Shown: positions 43,076 through 52,459 of the stretch, piece after piece
Numbering within the stretch: the stretch's first letter is position 1
How the letters are laid out: every line of letters starts with the position of its first letter
Origin: Pseudomonadota bacterium
Lineage (GTDB): Bacteria; Pseudomonadota; Gammaproteobacteria; Burkholderiales; Burkholderiaceae_C
Assembly: GCA_041157045.1 (NCBI GenBank)
Contig: JBEBDJ010000111.1
Coordinates: 860 to 64,859 of the forward strand
Length of the DNA stretch: 64,000 nucleotides
Reading direction: 5' to 3'
The notes under the pieces: model-generated
The model's input: only the letters and a program-made list of their open reading frames with translations
Databases searched by the model: none
What the model was told of the DNA's origin: nothing
Made by a program: the position numbers and the translations under genes

Positions 43076-43750
43076 ATGTACTACCAGCCAGGCCAGCAGA
43101 CCTCGGGTCTGCCCTTCAACCCCTTCAAGTCCTGCTGCGTGCCCCGGCCCATCGGCTGGATCTCGAGCGTGAGCAGCAGCGGGGTGCACAACCTGGCGCC
43201 CTACAGCCAGTTCCAGAACGTCACCTGGGATCCCCCAACCGTGCTCGTGGTCTGCAATGCGCGCGAGGACGGTCACCTCAAGGACACCGCGCGCAACATC
43301 GTCGACACCGGCGAGTTCGTCTGGAACATGGCCACCTACGATCTGCGCGACTGGGTGCTGGCCAGCTCGCGCGACCTGCCCCCCGAGGTGGACGAATTCG
43401 AGGCGCTGGGCATTCCCTGGCTGCCCGCAACACAGGTGCGCGCGCGCCGCGTGCAAGGCTCACCGGTGCAGTTCGAATGCCGTCTGCGCCAGCAGATGGC
43501 GGTGCCGGGCCACACGCCCGATGCCCAGGCGCTGATTCTGGTGGGCGAGGTGGTGGGCATCCACATCGACGACGCGGCGCTCAGCGCCGATGGGCGCCTG
43601 GATATTCCCCGGGTGCGCCCGCTGGCGCGCCTGGGCTACCGCGACTACACCGATGTGCGCCACGCCTACGAGCTCAGCGAGCTCTCGGGCCGCCCCACCG
43701 ACACCATCCCGCATTTGCAAGAAGCCCTTCGGCCCAGCGCCCAACCCTAA
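43076..43750 (+). CDS. flavin reductase-like FMN-binding protein
   Basis: PRPIGWISS, NLAPYSQF, KDTARNI..TGEFV.N, SPVQFEC, LARLG. Confidence 0.88.
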   Translation: MYYQPGQQTSGLPFNPFKSCCVPRPIGWISSVSSSGVHNLAPYSQFQNVTWDPPTVLVVCNAREDGHLKDTARNIVDTGEFVWNMATYDLRDWVLASSRDLPPEVDEFEALGIPWLPATQVRARRVQGSPVQFECRLRQQMAVPGHTPDAQALILVGEVVGIHIDDAALSADGRLDIPRVRPLARLGYRDYTDVRHAYELSELSGRPTDTIPHLQEALRPSAQP

Positions 43751-43763
43751 GAGGAGACTCCCG

Positions 43764-44762
43764 ATGCGACCCCTGATTGATCCTGCCCGCGCCACACGAC
43801 GCGCCGCCCTGGCCTGCTTGCTGGCTGCAGCGGCCATGCCCGCCCTGGCCCAGCCCGCATGGCCCGACAAGCCGGTGCGCATCGTCGTGCCCACCGCCGC
43901 CGGCTCGGGCTCGGACCTGCTCACCCGCCTGATGGCGCAGCGCCTGGCCGAGCTCTGGCGGCAACCGGTGGTGGTGGAAAACCGCGCCGGGGCCTCGGGC
44001 GTGCTGGGCGTGGACGCGGTGGTCAAGGCCGCACCGGATGGCCACACCCTGCTCATGACCTCGGCCTCGCCGGTGGTCATCAACCCGCTGGTCATGCGCA
44101 AGCTGCCGCACGATCCGCGCACGCAGCTGGCGCCGGTATCGGCCATCGGCACCGCGCAAGCGGCCTTGCTGGTCAGCGGCGAGGTGCCCGCGCGCAATCT
44201 GCGCGAGTTCGTCGACCTGGCCAAGGCGCGGCCCGGCCAGCTGAGCTACGGCTCGTTCGGCCTGGGCACAGGGGGCCACCTGGGCGTGGAGGCCTTCAAT
44301 CAGGCCGCCGGCATCCAGCTCATCCACGTGGCCTACAAAGGCACCGGGCCGGCCCTGTCGGACCTGGTGGGCGGGCAGATCTCGGCGCTGCTGGTGGACC
44401 TGGGCAATGCCCAGGCGCACCTGAAGTCGGGCAAGCTGCGCGCGCTGGCCATCAACGGGCCCACGCGCTCGGCGGTGCTGCCCGATGTGCCCACCTTCAC
44501 CGAGCTGGGTTACGCCAGCGTGGAGGGCACGTATGCGCGCTTTGCGCTGATGGCGCCCACGGGCACCCCCGAGCCGGTGATCGGCCGCATCGCGCGCGAT
44601 GTGGGCCGTGTGCTGCAGGAGCCGGCCCTGCAAGAACGCTTTGGCCCGCTGGGCTACACCCTGGCGGGCAGCACGCCGGCGCAGCTGGCGCAAATGCTGC
44701 GCGAAGACGGCGAGCGCTGGGGCAAGGTGATCACCGGCATCGGTGGTCTGTCGCTTGATTGA
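43764..44762 (+). CDS. Bug/TctC substrate-binding protein
   Basis: WPDKPVRIVVP, ENRAGASG, PDGHTL, HVAYKG, PDVPTF. Confidence 0.93.
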   Translation: MRPLIDPARATRRAALACLLAAAAMPALAQPAWPDKPVRIVVPTAAGSGSDLLTRLMAQRLAELWRQPVVVENRAGASGVLGVDAVVKAAPDGHTLLMTSASPVVINPLVMRKLPHDPRTQLAPVSAIGTAQAALLVSGEVPARNLREFVDLAKARPGQLSYGSFGLGTGGHLGVEAFNQAAGIQLIHVAYKGTGPALSDLVGGQISALLVDLGNAQAHLKSGKLRALAINGPTRSAVLPDVPTFTELGYASVEGTYARFALMAPTGTPEPVIGRIARDVGRVLQEPALQERFGPLGYTLAGSTPAQLAQMLREDGERWGKVITGIGGLSLD

Positions 44763-44784
44763 TTTTTTTTCTGGAGTCCCTCCC

Positions 44785-46017
44785 ATGACATCCCCTGTTT
44801 ACATTCTTGGTGGTCACCAGACCGACTTTGCCCGCGCCTGGTCGCGCGAGGGCCTGGACATTTCCGACATGACCCGTGTGGCCACGCTGGGCGCCTTGGC
44901 CGACAGCCGGCTCGACCCCGGGCAGGTGCAAAGCATCCATGTGGGCAATGCCTTTGCGGAACTGCAGCGCCAGCAGGCGCACCTGGGCGCCATGGTGGCG
45001 CAGGTGGTGCCCGAGCTCTGGGGCGTGCCGGCCATGCGCCACGAAGGCGCCTGTGCCTCCTCGTCGCTGGCGGCGCTGACAGCCATGGCCGAGATCGAGG
45101 CCGGCCGCTACGACTGCGTGCTGGTGCTGGGCGTGGAGGAGTTCAAGAACATGCCGGGCAACGAGGCCTCGGTGAACCAGAACGCCGCCGCCTGGCAGGG
45201 GCACGAGGACATCGACTGCACCTTCATGTGGCCGGCCGCCTTTGGCCGCGTGGCCATGGAGTACGAGGCGCGCTATGGCCTGGACCGCAAACACCTCAAC
45301 CGCATTGCCGAGATCAACTACGGCAACGCCAAGCGCAACCCGCTGGCGCAAACCCGCAAATGGCAGTTCGACCCGCTGGCCTTCACCGACGACGACGAGG
45401 CCAACCCGCTGATCGAGCCGGGCACCCGGCGCCAGGACTGCGGCCAGATCACCGACGGCGCCTGCGCGGTGGTGCTGGCCAGTGCGCGCTTTGCCAAGGC
45501 GCATGCCGAGCGCACCGGGCAGGACTTTGCACGCATGGCGCGCATCAGCGGCTGGGGCCACCGCAACGCGGGCCTGCGCCTGCTCGACAAATTCGAGCGC
45601 AGCCGCGGCCAGACCTATGTGTTCCCGCACCTGCGCCAGGCCATCGAGGACGCGTGGCAACGCGCGGGCGTGCCCGACATCTCGGGCATCGACGGCGTGG
45701 AAACACACGACTGCTTCACCACCACCGAGTACGTGGCGATTGATCACCTGGGCCTGAGCGCGCCGGGCCAGAGCTGGCAGGCGGTCGAGTCGGGCGTGAT
45801 CGAGCCGGGCGGTGCCTGCCCGATCAACATGAGCGGCGGCCTGATCGGCTGCGGCCACCCGGTGGGCGCCACCGGCAGCCGCATGCTGCTGGACGCGGCG
45901 CGTCAGGTCACGGGCCAGGCCGGGCCCATGCAGATCGAGGGCGCCCGCCGCCTGCAAACGCTCAACATCGGCGGCTCTTGCGCCACCGTGGTGAGCTTTG
46001 TGGTCAGCAGCGTCTGA
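44785..46017 (+). CDS. SCP2-type thiolase-like protein
   Basis: EGACAS, TDGA, ETHDCF, SGGLIGCGHPVGATG, LNIGGS. Confidence 0.9.
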   Translation: MTSPVYILGGHQTDFARAWSREGLDISDMTRVATLGALADSRLDPGQVQSIHVGNAFAELQRQQAHLGAMVAQVVPELWGVPAMRHEGACASSSLAALTAMAEIEAGRYDCVLVLGVEEFKNMPGNEASVNQNAAAWQGHEDIDCTFMWPAAFGRVAMEYEARYGLDRKHLNRIAEINYGNAKRNPLAQTRKWQFDPLAFTDDDEANPLIEPGTRRQDCGQITDGACAVVLASARFAKAHAERTGQDFARMARISGWGHRNAGLRLLDKFERSRGQTYVFPHLRQAIEDAWQRAGVPDISGIDGVETHDCFTTTEYVAIDHLGLSAPGQSWQAVESGVIEPGGACPINMSGGLIGCGHPVGATGSRMLLDAARQVTGQAGPMQIEGARRLQTLNIGGSCATVVSFVVSSV

Positions 46018-46029
46018 GGGGACGGGGCG

Positions 46030-47274
46030 TCAGGCGCTGGCGCCCATCACCTGATCGACCAGCTCCACCCAGTGGCGCACCGGGGTGTCGGTGCCGCTTT
46101 GCAAATGCGTGATGCAGCCAATGTTGGCGCTCAGGATGGCGGCCGGTTGCAGGGCCTGCAGGTGGCCGAGCTTGCGCTCGCGCAGCTGCTGGGCCAGCAC
46201 CGGCTGCAGCACGCTGTAGGTGCCCGCCGAGCCGCAGCACAGGTGTGACTCGGTGCCGGCCAAGCGCACGGAAAACCCGAGCGCCCCCAGGTGCTGCTCG
46301 ACGCCGCCCTTGAGCTGCTGGCCGTGCTGCAAGGTGCAGGGGGGATGGAAGGCCAGCTCGCCGGCGGCGCGGGCCTGCTCGGGCCGGATGCGGGCCGACA
46401 GCTCGGGCATGAGCTGCGGCAGCAGCTCGCTCAGGTCGCGCGTGAGGGCGCTGATGCGCGCGGCCTTGTCGGCATAGGCCGGGTCGTGCTGCAGCAGATG
46501 GCCGTATTCCTTGACGGTGACGCCGCAGCCCGAGGCGTTCATGACGATGGCCTCGACCTGGCCGTCCTGCACCAGCGGCCACCAGGCGTCGATGTTGGCG
46601 CGCATCTGCGCGCGCCCGCCGTCCTGGTCGTTGAGGTGGAACTTGACCGCGCCGCAGCATCCCGCCGCGGGCGCGATCACCGGCTCGATGCCGCAAGCGT
46701 CGAGCACGCGCGCGGTGGCGTGGTTGATGTTGGGGCCCATGGCGGGCTGCACGCAGCCGGCCAGCATCAGCATCTTGCGCGCGTGCGCCCGCGTGGGCCA
46801 GGCCCCTGCGTCCTGGCGTGCGGGCACCTTGGCTTGCAGCGAGGCGGGCAAGAGCGCGCGCACCTGCTGACCGAGCTTCATGGCCGGGCCAAACAAGGGC
46901 GAGGGCAGGCCCTCCTTGAGCGCCCAGCGCAGCGCGCGCTCGGGCAGCGGCCGCGGCACCTTGGCCTCGACCAGCGCACGGCCGATGTCGACCAGCTGGC
47001 CGTACTGCACGCCGCTTGGGCAGGTGGATTCGCAGTTGCGGCAGGTGAGGCAGCGATCGAGGTGCTGCTGGGTCGCGCGCGTGGGCTCGGCGCCTTCGAG
47101 CACCTGCTTGATGAGGTAGATGCGGCCGCGTGGGCCATCGAGCTCGTCGCCCAGCAGCTGGTAGGTCGGGCAGGTGGCGGTGCAGAACCCGCAGTGCACG
47201 CATTTGCGCAGAATCGCCTCGGCCTCGCGGCCTGCCACGCTCTGCTGGTACTCGGGGGCAAGTTGGGTTTGCAT
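46030..47274 (-). CDS. glcF: glycolate oxidase iron-sulfur subunit
   Basis: CVHCGFCTATCP, CLTCRNCESTCP, CCG domains, HPPCTLQH, ANIGC. Confidence 0.95.
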   Translation of the reverse strand: MQTQLAPEYQQSVAGREAEAILRKCVHCGFCTATCPTYQLLGDELDGPRGRIYLIKQVLEGAEPTRATQQHLDRCLTCRNCESTCPSGVQYGQLVDIGRALVEAKVPRPLPERALRWALKEGLPSPLFGPAMKLGQQVRALLPASLQAKVPARQDAGAWPTRAHARKMLMLAGCVQPAMGPNINHATARVLDACGIEPVIAPAAGCCGAVKFHLNDQDGGRAQMRANIDAWWPLVQDGQVEAIVMNASGCGVTVKEYGHLLQHDPAYADKAARISALTRDLSELLPQLMPELSARIRPEQARAAGELAFHPPCTLQHGQQLKGGVEQHLGALGFSVRLAGTESHLCCGSAGTYSVLQPVLAQQLRERKLGHLQALQPAAILSANIGCITHLQSGTDTPVRHWVELVDQVMGASA

Positions 47275-47277
47275 GGC

Positions 47278-48420
47278 TCAGTGGCCCAGTCGGCCGGTGG
47301 CAAAGACCCCGTGCGGGTCGAATTGTTGTTGCAGCTGTTGCTGCAGGCGAAGGGCCACGGCCGGCAGCGGGCTGGCCACACCAGCGGCCTTGTCGGCCGC
47401 GCCGCCCGACGCGCTGGCACGAAACAGCAGGGCGTGGCCGCCGTGCTGCGCGGCCAGGGCATGCAGCGCGGCCGCCGCCGACACCGGCGCCCAGACCCAG
47501 CGCTGCGCGCCCTGCCACTCGATGTAGCAAGGGCCGGGCAGGTCGAGCGCAGGCGCGGTCTGGGGCAGCGACAGGCGCCACAGCGCATGCTGGGGCGAGG
47601 GGGCCTGGAAAAACGGCAAAGTTTGCTCGCCGCTGGCGCGCCAGTCGGCGGCGACCGCCGGGTCGCTGCGCACCGTCACCTGCGCGCCCAGGGCCTGGGC
47701 GTCGGCGGCCATGCGGGTTTGCGCGGCGGCCACGGCGGCCTGCGCGCCGCGCAGGCGCACAAACAAGGTGTCGGCTGCGGGCACCTGGCTGTCGTCGTGC
47801 ACCCAGGCGCTGGCATTGAGCGGCAGGGGTTGGCCGCCCCAGCGGTGCAGCAGGTCCAGCGCGGCGGGCTGCGCCAGGCCCACGCAGACCAGGGTGCATT
47901 CGGCCGGGGCCAGGGGCAGCACCTTGAGGCTGACCTCGGTGATCACGCCCAGGGTGCCGGCGCTGCCGGCCAGCACGCGGCTGAGGTCGTAACCGGCCAC
48001 GTTCTTCATCACCTGGCCGCCAAAGAACAGGTCCTCGGCGCGGCCGTTGAGCATGCGCACGCCCAGCACAAAGTCGCGCACCGCGCCCACCGTGGCGCGG
48101 GCGGGCCCGGCCAGACCGGCGGCCACCATGCCGCCCACGGTGGCCTGCGGGCCAAAGTGGGGCGGCTCAAACGGCAGGCATTGGCCGGCCTGGGCAAGCA
48201 CCGCCTCAAGCTCGGCCAGCGGGGTGCCCGCGCGCACCGTCACCACCAGCTCGCTGGGCTCGTGGGCGATGATGCCCTGGTAGGCGCGGGTGTCCAGCAC
48301 CTGCCCCTGCAGGGGGGCGCCCCAGAAGTCCTTGCTGCCCCCGCCGCGCAGGCGAAGGCGCCGGCCGTCGGCGGCGGCGGCGCGGACCGCGTCCCGGAGG
48401 TGTTCAAGTGCTGCGTTCAT
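47278..48420 (-). CDS. glcE: glycolate oxidase FAD-binding subunit
   Basis: GGGSKDF, EPSELV, FEPP, GGQVMKNVAGYD, FDPHGVF. Confidence 0.95.
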   Translation of the reverse strand: MNAALEHLRDAVRAAAADGRRLRLRGGGSKDFWGAPLQGQVLDTRAYQGIIAHEPSELVVTVRAGTPLAELEAVLAQAGQCLPFEPPHFGPQATVGGMVAAGLAGPARATVGAVRDFVLGVRMLNGRAEDLFFGGQVMKNVAGYDLSRVLAGSAGTLGVITEVSLKVLPLAPAECTLVCVGLAQPAALDLLHRWGGQPLPLNASAWVHDDSQVPAADTLFVRLRGAQAAVAAAQTRMAADAQALGAQVTVRSDPAVAADWRASGEQTLPFFQAPSPQHALWRLSLPQTAPALDLPGPCYIEWQGAQRWVWAPVSAAAALHALAAQHGGHALLFRASASGGAADKAAGVASPLPAVALRLQQQLQQQFDPHGVFATGRLGH

Positions 48421-48495
48421 GGGCGTTGATGGTAAACCGCGCCCTCCTTGCCGGGCCGTGAATTTTTTGCACGACCGCCATGCGGGAAATTGCGC

Positions 48496-49473
48496 TCAGG
48501 CGCGCCAGGCCTGCACCGGCAGTCCGGGCACCGGCACGCGCAGGGCCCAGATGCAGCCCGCGCCCGGCAAGGCCTGGCGCTCATGCGCGGGCCGGCCGTC
48601 GCTGGCGCTGGTGATGAACAGGGTGCGCCCATCGGGCCCGCCAAAGCAGGGCATGGTCGGGCACAGCACCGGGGTGGGCACGGTCTGCAGCAGGCGGCCG
48701 TCGGGGGCAAAGCGCTTGAGGCAAGCGCCCTCCATCTGCGCCGACCAGTACGCGCCCTCGGCGTCCACGCTGGCGCCGTCGGGGCGCCCCTCGTAGGCGC
48801 GCGCGTCGCCCCAGGCCCAGCCCTCGGGCTTTTTGGGCAGCGACTGGAACACGCGCTCGGCCGCCAGCGTGCCGCTGTCGGCATCGAACTGCCAGGCCCG
48901 CACCTGGTGGTGCCCGGTGCAAGACCAGTACAGGGTGCGCGCGTCGGGCGACCAGGCCAGGCCATTGGCCACGATGGCGCCGTGCGCCATGGGCTGCAGC
49001 TGGTAGCCGCCGGCCTGCCGGTCGAGCCGGTAGAGCACGCCCAGCGATTGGCCGCGTGGCTCGTACATGGTGCCCACCCACAGGCGCCCGCGGGGGTCGC
49101 ACTTGCCGTCGTTAAAGCGCAGGCGGGTGGTGTCGTAGGGGGCGGCGGCCAGCAGCTCCCAGGCGCCGCCCCAGGCGCGGGCGCGAAACACCCCGTCGCG
49201 GCGCGCCAGCACCAGGCCGCCACCGTCCTCGCGCGCCACCGGCGCCAGGCAGCCGGGCTCTTCGGGCAGGTCCCAGTACTCGGGCGGCTCGGCCTGCAAT
49301 TCGTCCAGGCCCTGCACCCGCATGCGGCCAATGCGCCGGCCCGGAATGTCGACCCAGTACAGCCGCGACTCCTGCGCGTGCCAGAAAGGGGATTCGCTCA
49401 AGCCGTCGGGCTGCTCGGTCAGGCGTTGCCAGGCCGGCATGGGCATCGTCAAGAAGGGGTTGGGCATCGTCAT
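48496..49473 (-). CDS. SMP-30/gluconolactonase family protein
   Basis: ESPFW, YWVDI, RFNDGKCD..GR, NGLAWSPD, PDGASVD, FGG; start uncertain. Confidence 0.9.
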   Translation of the reverse strand: MTMPNPFLTMPMPAWQRLTEQPDGLSESPFWHAQESRLYWVDIPGRRIGRMRVQGLDELQAEPPEYWDLPEEPGCLAPVAREDGGGLVLARRDGVFRARAWGGAWELLAAAPYDTTRLRFNDGKCDPRGRLWVGTMYEPRGQSLGVLYRLDRQAGGYQLQPMAHGAIVANGLAWSPDARTLYWSCTGHHQVRAWQFDADSGTLAAERVFQSLPKKPEGWAWGDARAYEGRPDGASVDAEGAYWSAQMEGACLKRFAPDGRLLQTVPTPVLCPTMPCFGGPDGRTLFITSASDGRPAHERQALPGAGCIWALRVPVPGLPVQAWRA

Positions 49474-49513
49474 GCGCGCATTGTGCATGAGGCACCGGGC
49501 GCCAGGCGCCCAG

Positions 49514-49544
49514 AAAAAAAGCCCGGACGCTGGGCGCCCGGGCT
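49514..49544 (-). terminator. Rho-independent terminator after amtB
   Basis: Minus strand AGCCCGGGCGC-cca-GCGTCCGGGC followed by T7. Confidence 0.8.
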
Positions 49545-49592
49545 GGGGAGTTGGGCCGCCCTGACGGGCCGCCCACTTGCAAGCGCTGCGGA

Positions 49593-51104
49593 TCAGCCGT
49601 GGTAGGCCGACTCGCCGTGCGAGGTGATGTCCAGGCCTTCGCGCTCGGCCTCTTCGCTCACCCGCAGACCGATCACCAGATCGACGATCTTGAAGGCGAT
49701 GACCGAGACCACGCCCGACCACACCACCGTCAGCAGCACGGCCTTGAGCTGGGTCCAGACCTGGGCCGCGATCGAGTAGTCGGCGGCGGTGACGCCGGTG
49801 GCGGTGACCCAGTCGGCCACAAAGCCGGGGCCACCCAGGCTGGGCGAGTTGAACACGCCGGTCAGCAGGGCGCCCACAATGCCGCCCACGCCGTGCACGC
49901 CAAACACATCCAGCGAGTCGTCAGCGCCCAGCAGCTTCTTGAGGCCGTTGACGCCCCACAGGCAGGCAAAGCCGGCGATCAGGCCGATCACCAGGCCGCC
50001 GCCGATGCCGACGTTGCCGGCCGCGGGGGTGATGGCCACCAGGCCGGCCACGGCGCCGGAGGCGGCCCCCAGCATCGAGGCCTTGCCGCGCATCAGCGCC
50101 TCACCCACGCACCAGGCCAGCACGGCGGCGGCGGTGGCGACCAGGGTGTTGATGAAGGCCAGGGCGGCAAAACCGTTGGCTTCGAGGGCCGAGCCGGCGT
50201 TGAAGCCAAACCAGCCCACCCACAGCAGCGAGGCACCGACCATGGTCAGGGTCAGGCTGTGCGGGGCCATCGCCTCGCGGCCATAGCCCAGGCGCTTGCC
50301 CACCATGAAGGCACCGACCAGACCGGCCACGGCGGCGTTGATGTGCACCACGGTGCCGCCGGCAAAGTCCAGCGCGCCCCACTGCCAGATCAGGCCGGCC
50401 TTGCCGGTCATCTCGTCCACCACTTCCTTGGCGGTGTAGGCGTCCGGGCCCATCCAGAACCAGACCATGTGCGCCACCGGCAGGTAGCTGAAGGTGAACC
50501 ACAGCACCATGAAGAGCAGCACGGCCGAGAACTTGATGCGCTCGGCAAAGGCACCGACGATCAGCGCGCAGGTGATGCCCGCAAACGTGGCCTGGAAGGC
50601 GGCAAACGAGATCTCGGGAATGACCACGCCCTTGCTGAAGGTGGCCGCGTTGGCGAAGGTGCCGGTGGCGTTGTCCCAGATGCCCTTCATGAACAAGCGG
50701 TCAAACCCGCCAATGAAGGCATTGCCCTCGGTGAAGGCCAGGCTGTAGCCGTAGATGAACCACAGCACGGTGATCATCGAGAAGGTGACCATGACCTGCA
50801 TCAGCACCGACAGCATGTTCTTGCTGCGCACCAGGCCACCGTAGAACAGAGCCAGGCCGGGCACGGCCATCATGATGACCAGCAGGGTCGAGACCATCAT
50901 CCAGGTGGTGTCGCCCTTGTTGGGCACGGGGGCCGGGGCGGCTTGCTCGGCCGCTGCTGCCGGGGCAGCCGCAGGGGCCGTGGCCGGCGCTGCCTGCTCG
51001 GTGGCAGCGGGCGCAGCGGCCGGGGCGGCGGTCTGGGCCATCGCCGCGTGACCGCCAAAGAACAGGCTCAGGCCAAGGGCCAGGCTGGCAAAGAGTTTTT
51101 TCAT
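49593..51104 (-). CDS. amtB: ammonium transporter
   Basis: PGLALFYGG, GAFAER, DFAGGTVVH, WFGFNAGS, DDSLDVFGVHG, GLDITSHGE. Confidence 0.97.
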   Translation of the reverse strand: MKKLFASLALGLSLFFGGHAAMAQTAAPAAAPAATEQAAPATAPAAAPAAAAEQAAPAPVPNKGDTTWMMVSTLLVIMMAVPGLALFYGGLVRSKNMLSVLMQVMVTFSMITVLWFIYGYSLAFTEGNAFIGGFDRLFMKGIWDNATGTFANAATFSKGVVIPEISFAAFQATFAGITCALIVGAFAERIKFSAVLLFMVLWFTFSYLPVAHMVWFWMGPDAYTAKEVVDEMTGKAGLIWQWGALDFAGGTVVHINAAVAGLVGAFMVGKRLGYGREAMAPHSLTLTMVGASLLWVGWFGFNAGSALEANGFAALAFINTLVATAAAVLAWCVGEALMRGKASMLGAASGAVAGLVAITPAAGNVGIGGGLVIGLIAGFACLWGVNGLKKLLGADDSLDVFGVHGVGGIVGALLTGVFNSPSLGGPGFVADWVTATGVTAADYSIAAQVWTQLKAVLLTVVWSGVVSVIAFKIVDLVIGLRVSEEAEREGLDITSHGESAYHG

Positions 51105-51124
51105 GATGCGCTCTCTTTCTGAAC

Positions 51125-52251
<1,127 letters not shown>

Positions 52252-52290
52252 GGTGGTTTCCTTTCTTGGATCGTGTGGGATGCACCCATC

Positions 52291-52308
52291 AAGCACAGAC
52301 CGTGCCAA
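52291..52308 (-). promoter_or_regulatory. sigma54 (-24/-12) promoter of the porin-glnK-amtB operon
   Basis: Minus strand TTGGCACGGTCTGTGCTT = GG-N10-GC. Confidence 0.8.
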
Positions 52309-52395
52309 GCTCATGACGTGGCGAATTGCGGGGGGAGATTCCCGAATGACAAGGCGCGACCGCATGTGCTCAGATCGCCACTCCAATCCAGCCGA

Positions 52396-52449
52396 TGCAC
52401 CCGCCCGGTGCGCCGGCCACACACGCGCCCCACGCACCAAGATGGGGCA
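52396..52449. promoter_or_regulatory. two NtrC-type enhancer sites
   Basis: TGCACCCGCCCGGTGCG (52396-52412) and CGCACCAAGATGGGGCA (52433-52449) resemble TGCACC-N5-GGTGCA, about 90-140 bp upstream of the sigma54 site. Confidence 0.7.
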
Positions 52450-52459
52450 GGGAGGGCAT

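Noticed and set aside
40367-43456. 1029-aa minus-strand ORF (and similar long antisense ORFs across the window)
   Set aside because: Mirror frames of real plus-strand genes with typical antisense composition and no motifs
19809-46017. Retinal supply for rhodopsin, a carotenoid biosynthesis cluster, or a paa phenylacetate cluster
   Set aside because: No opsin, crt or paaABCDE/G/K genes in the window; the partners are uptake and catabolic enzymes
19669-46029. CCO locus as a recent mobile element
   Set aside because: Composition looks like the backbone; no integrase, transposase, tRNA or flanking repeats seen
49441-49472. GGGCATCGTCA repeated twice at the lactonase 5' end
   Set aside because: An 11-bp micro-duplication that only makes the start codon ambiguous
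50930-51040. Repetitive GC-rich tract
   Set aside because: Encodes the Ala/Pro linker after the AmtB signal peptide; not a CRISPR or a mobile repeat
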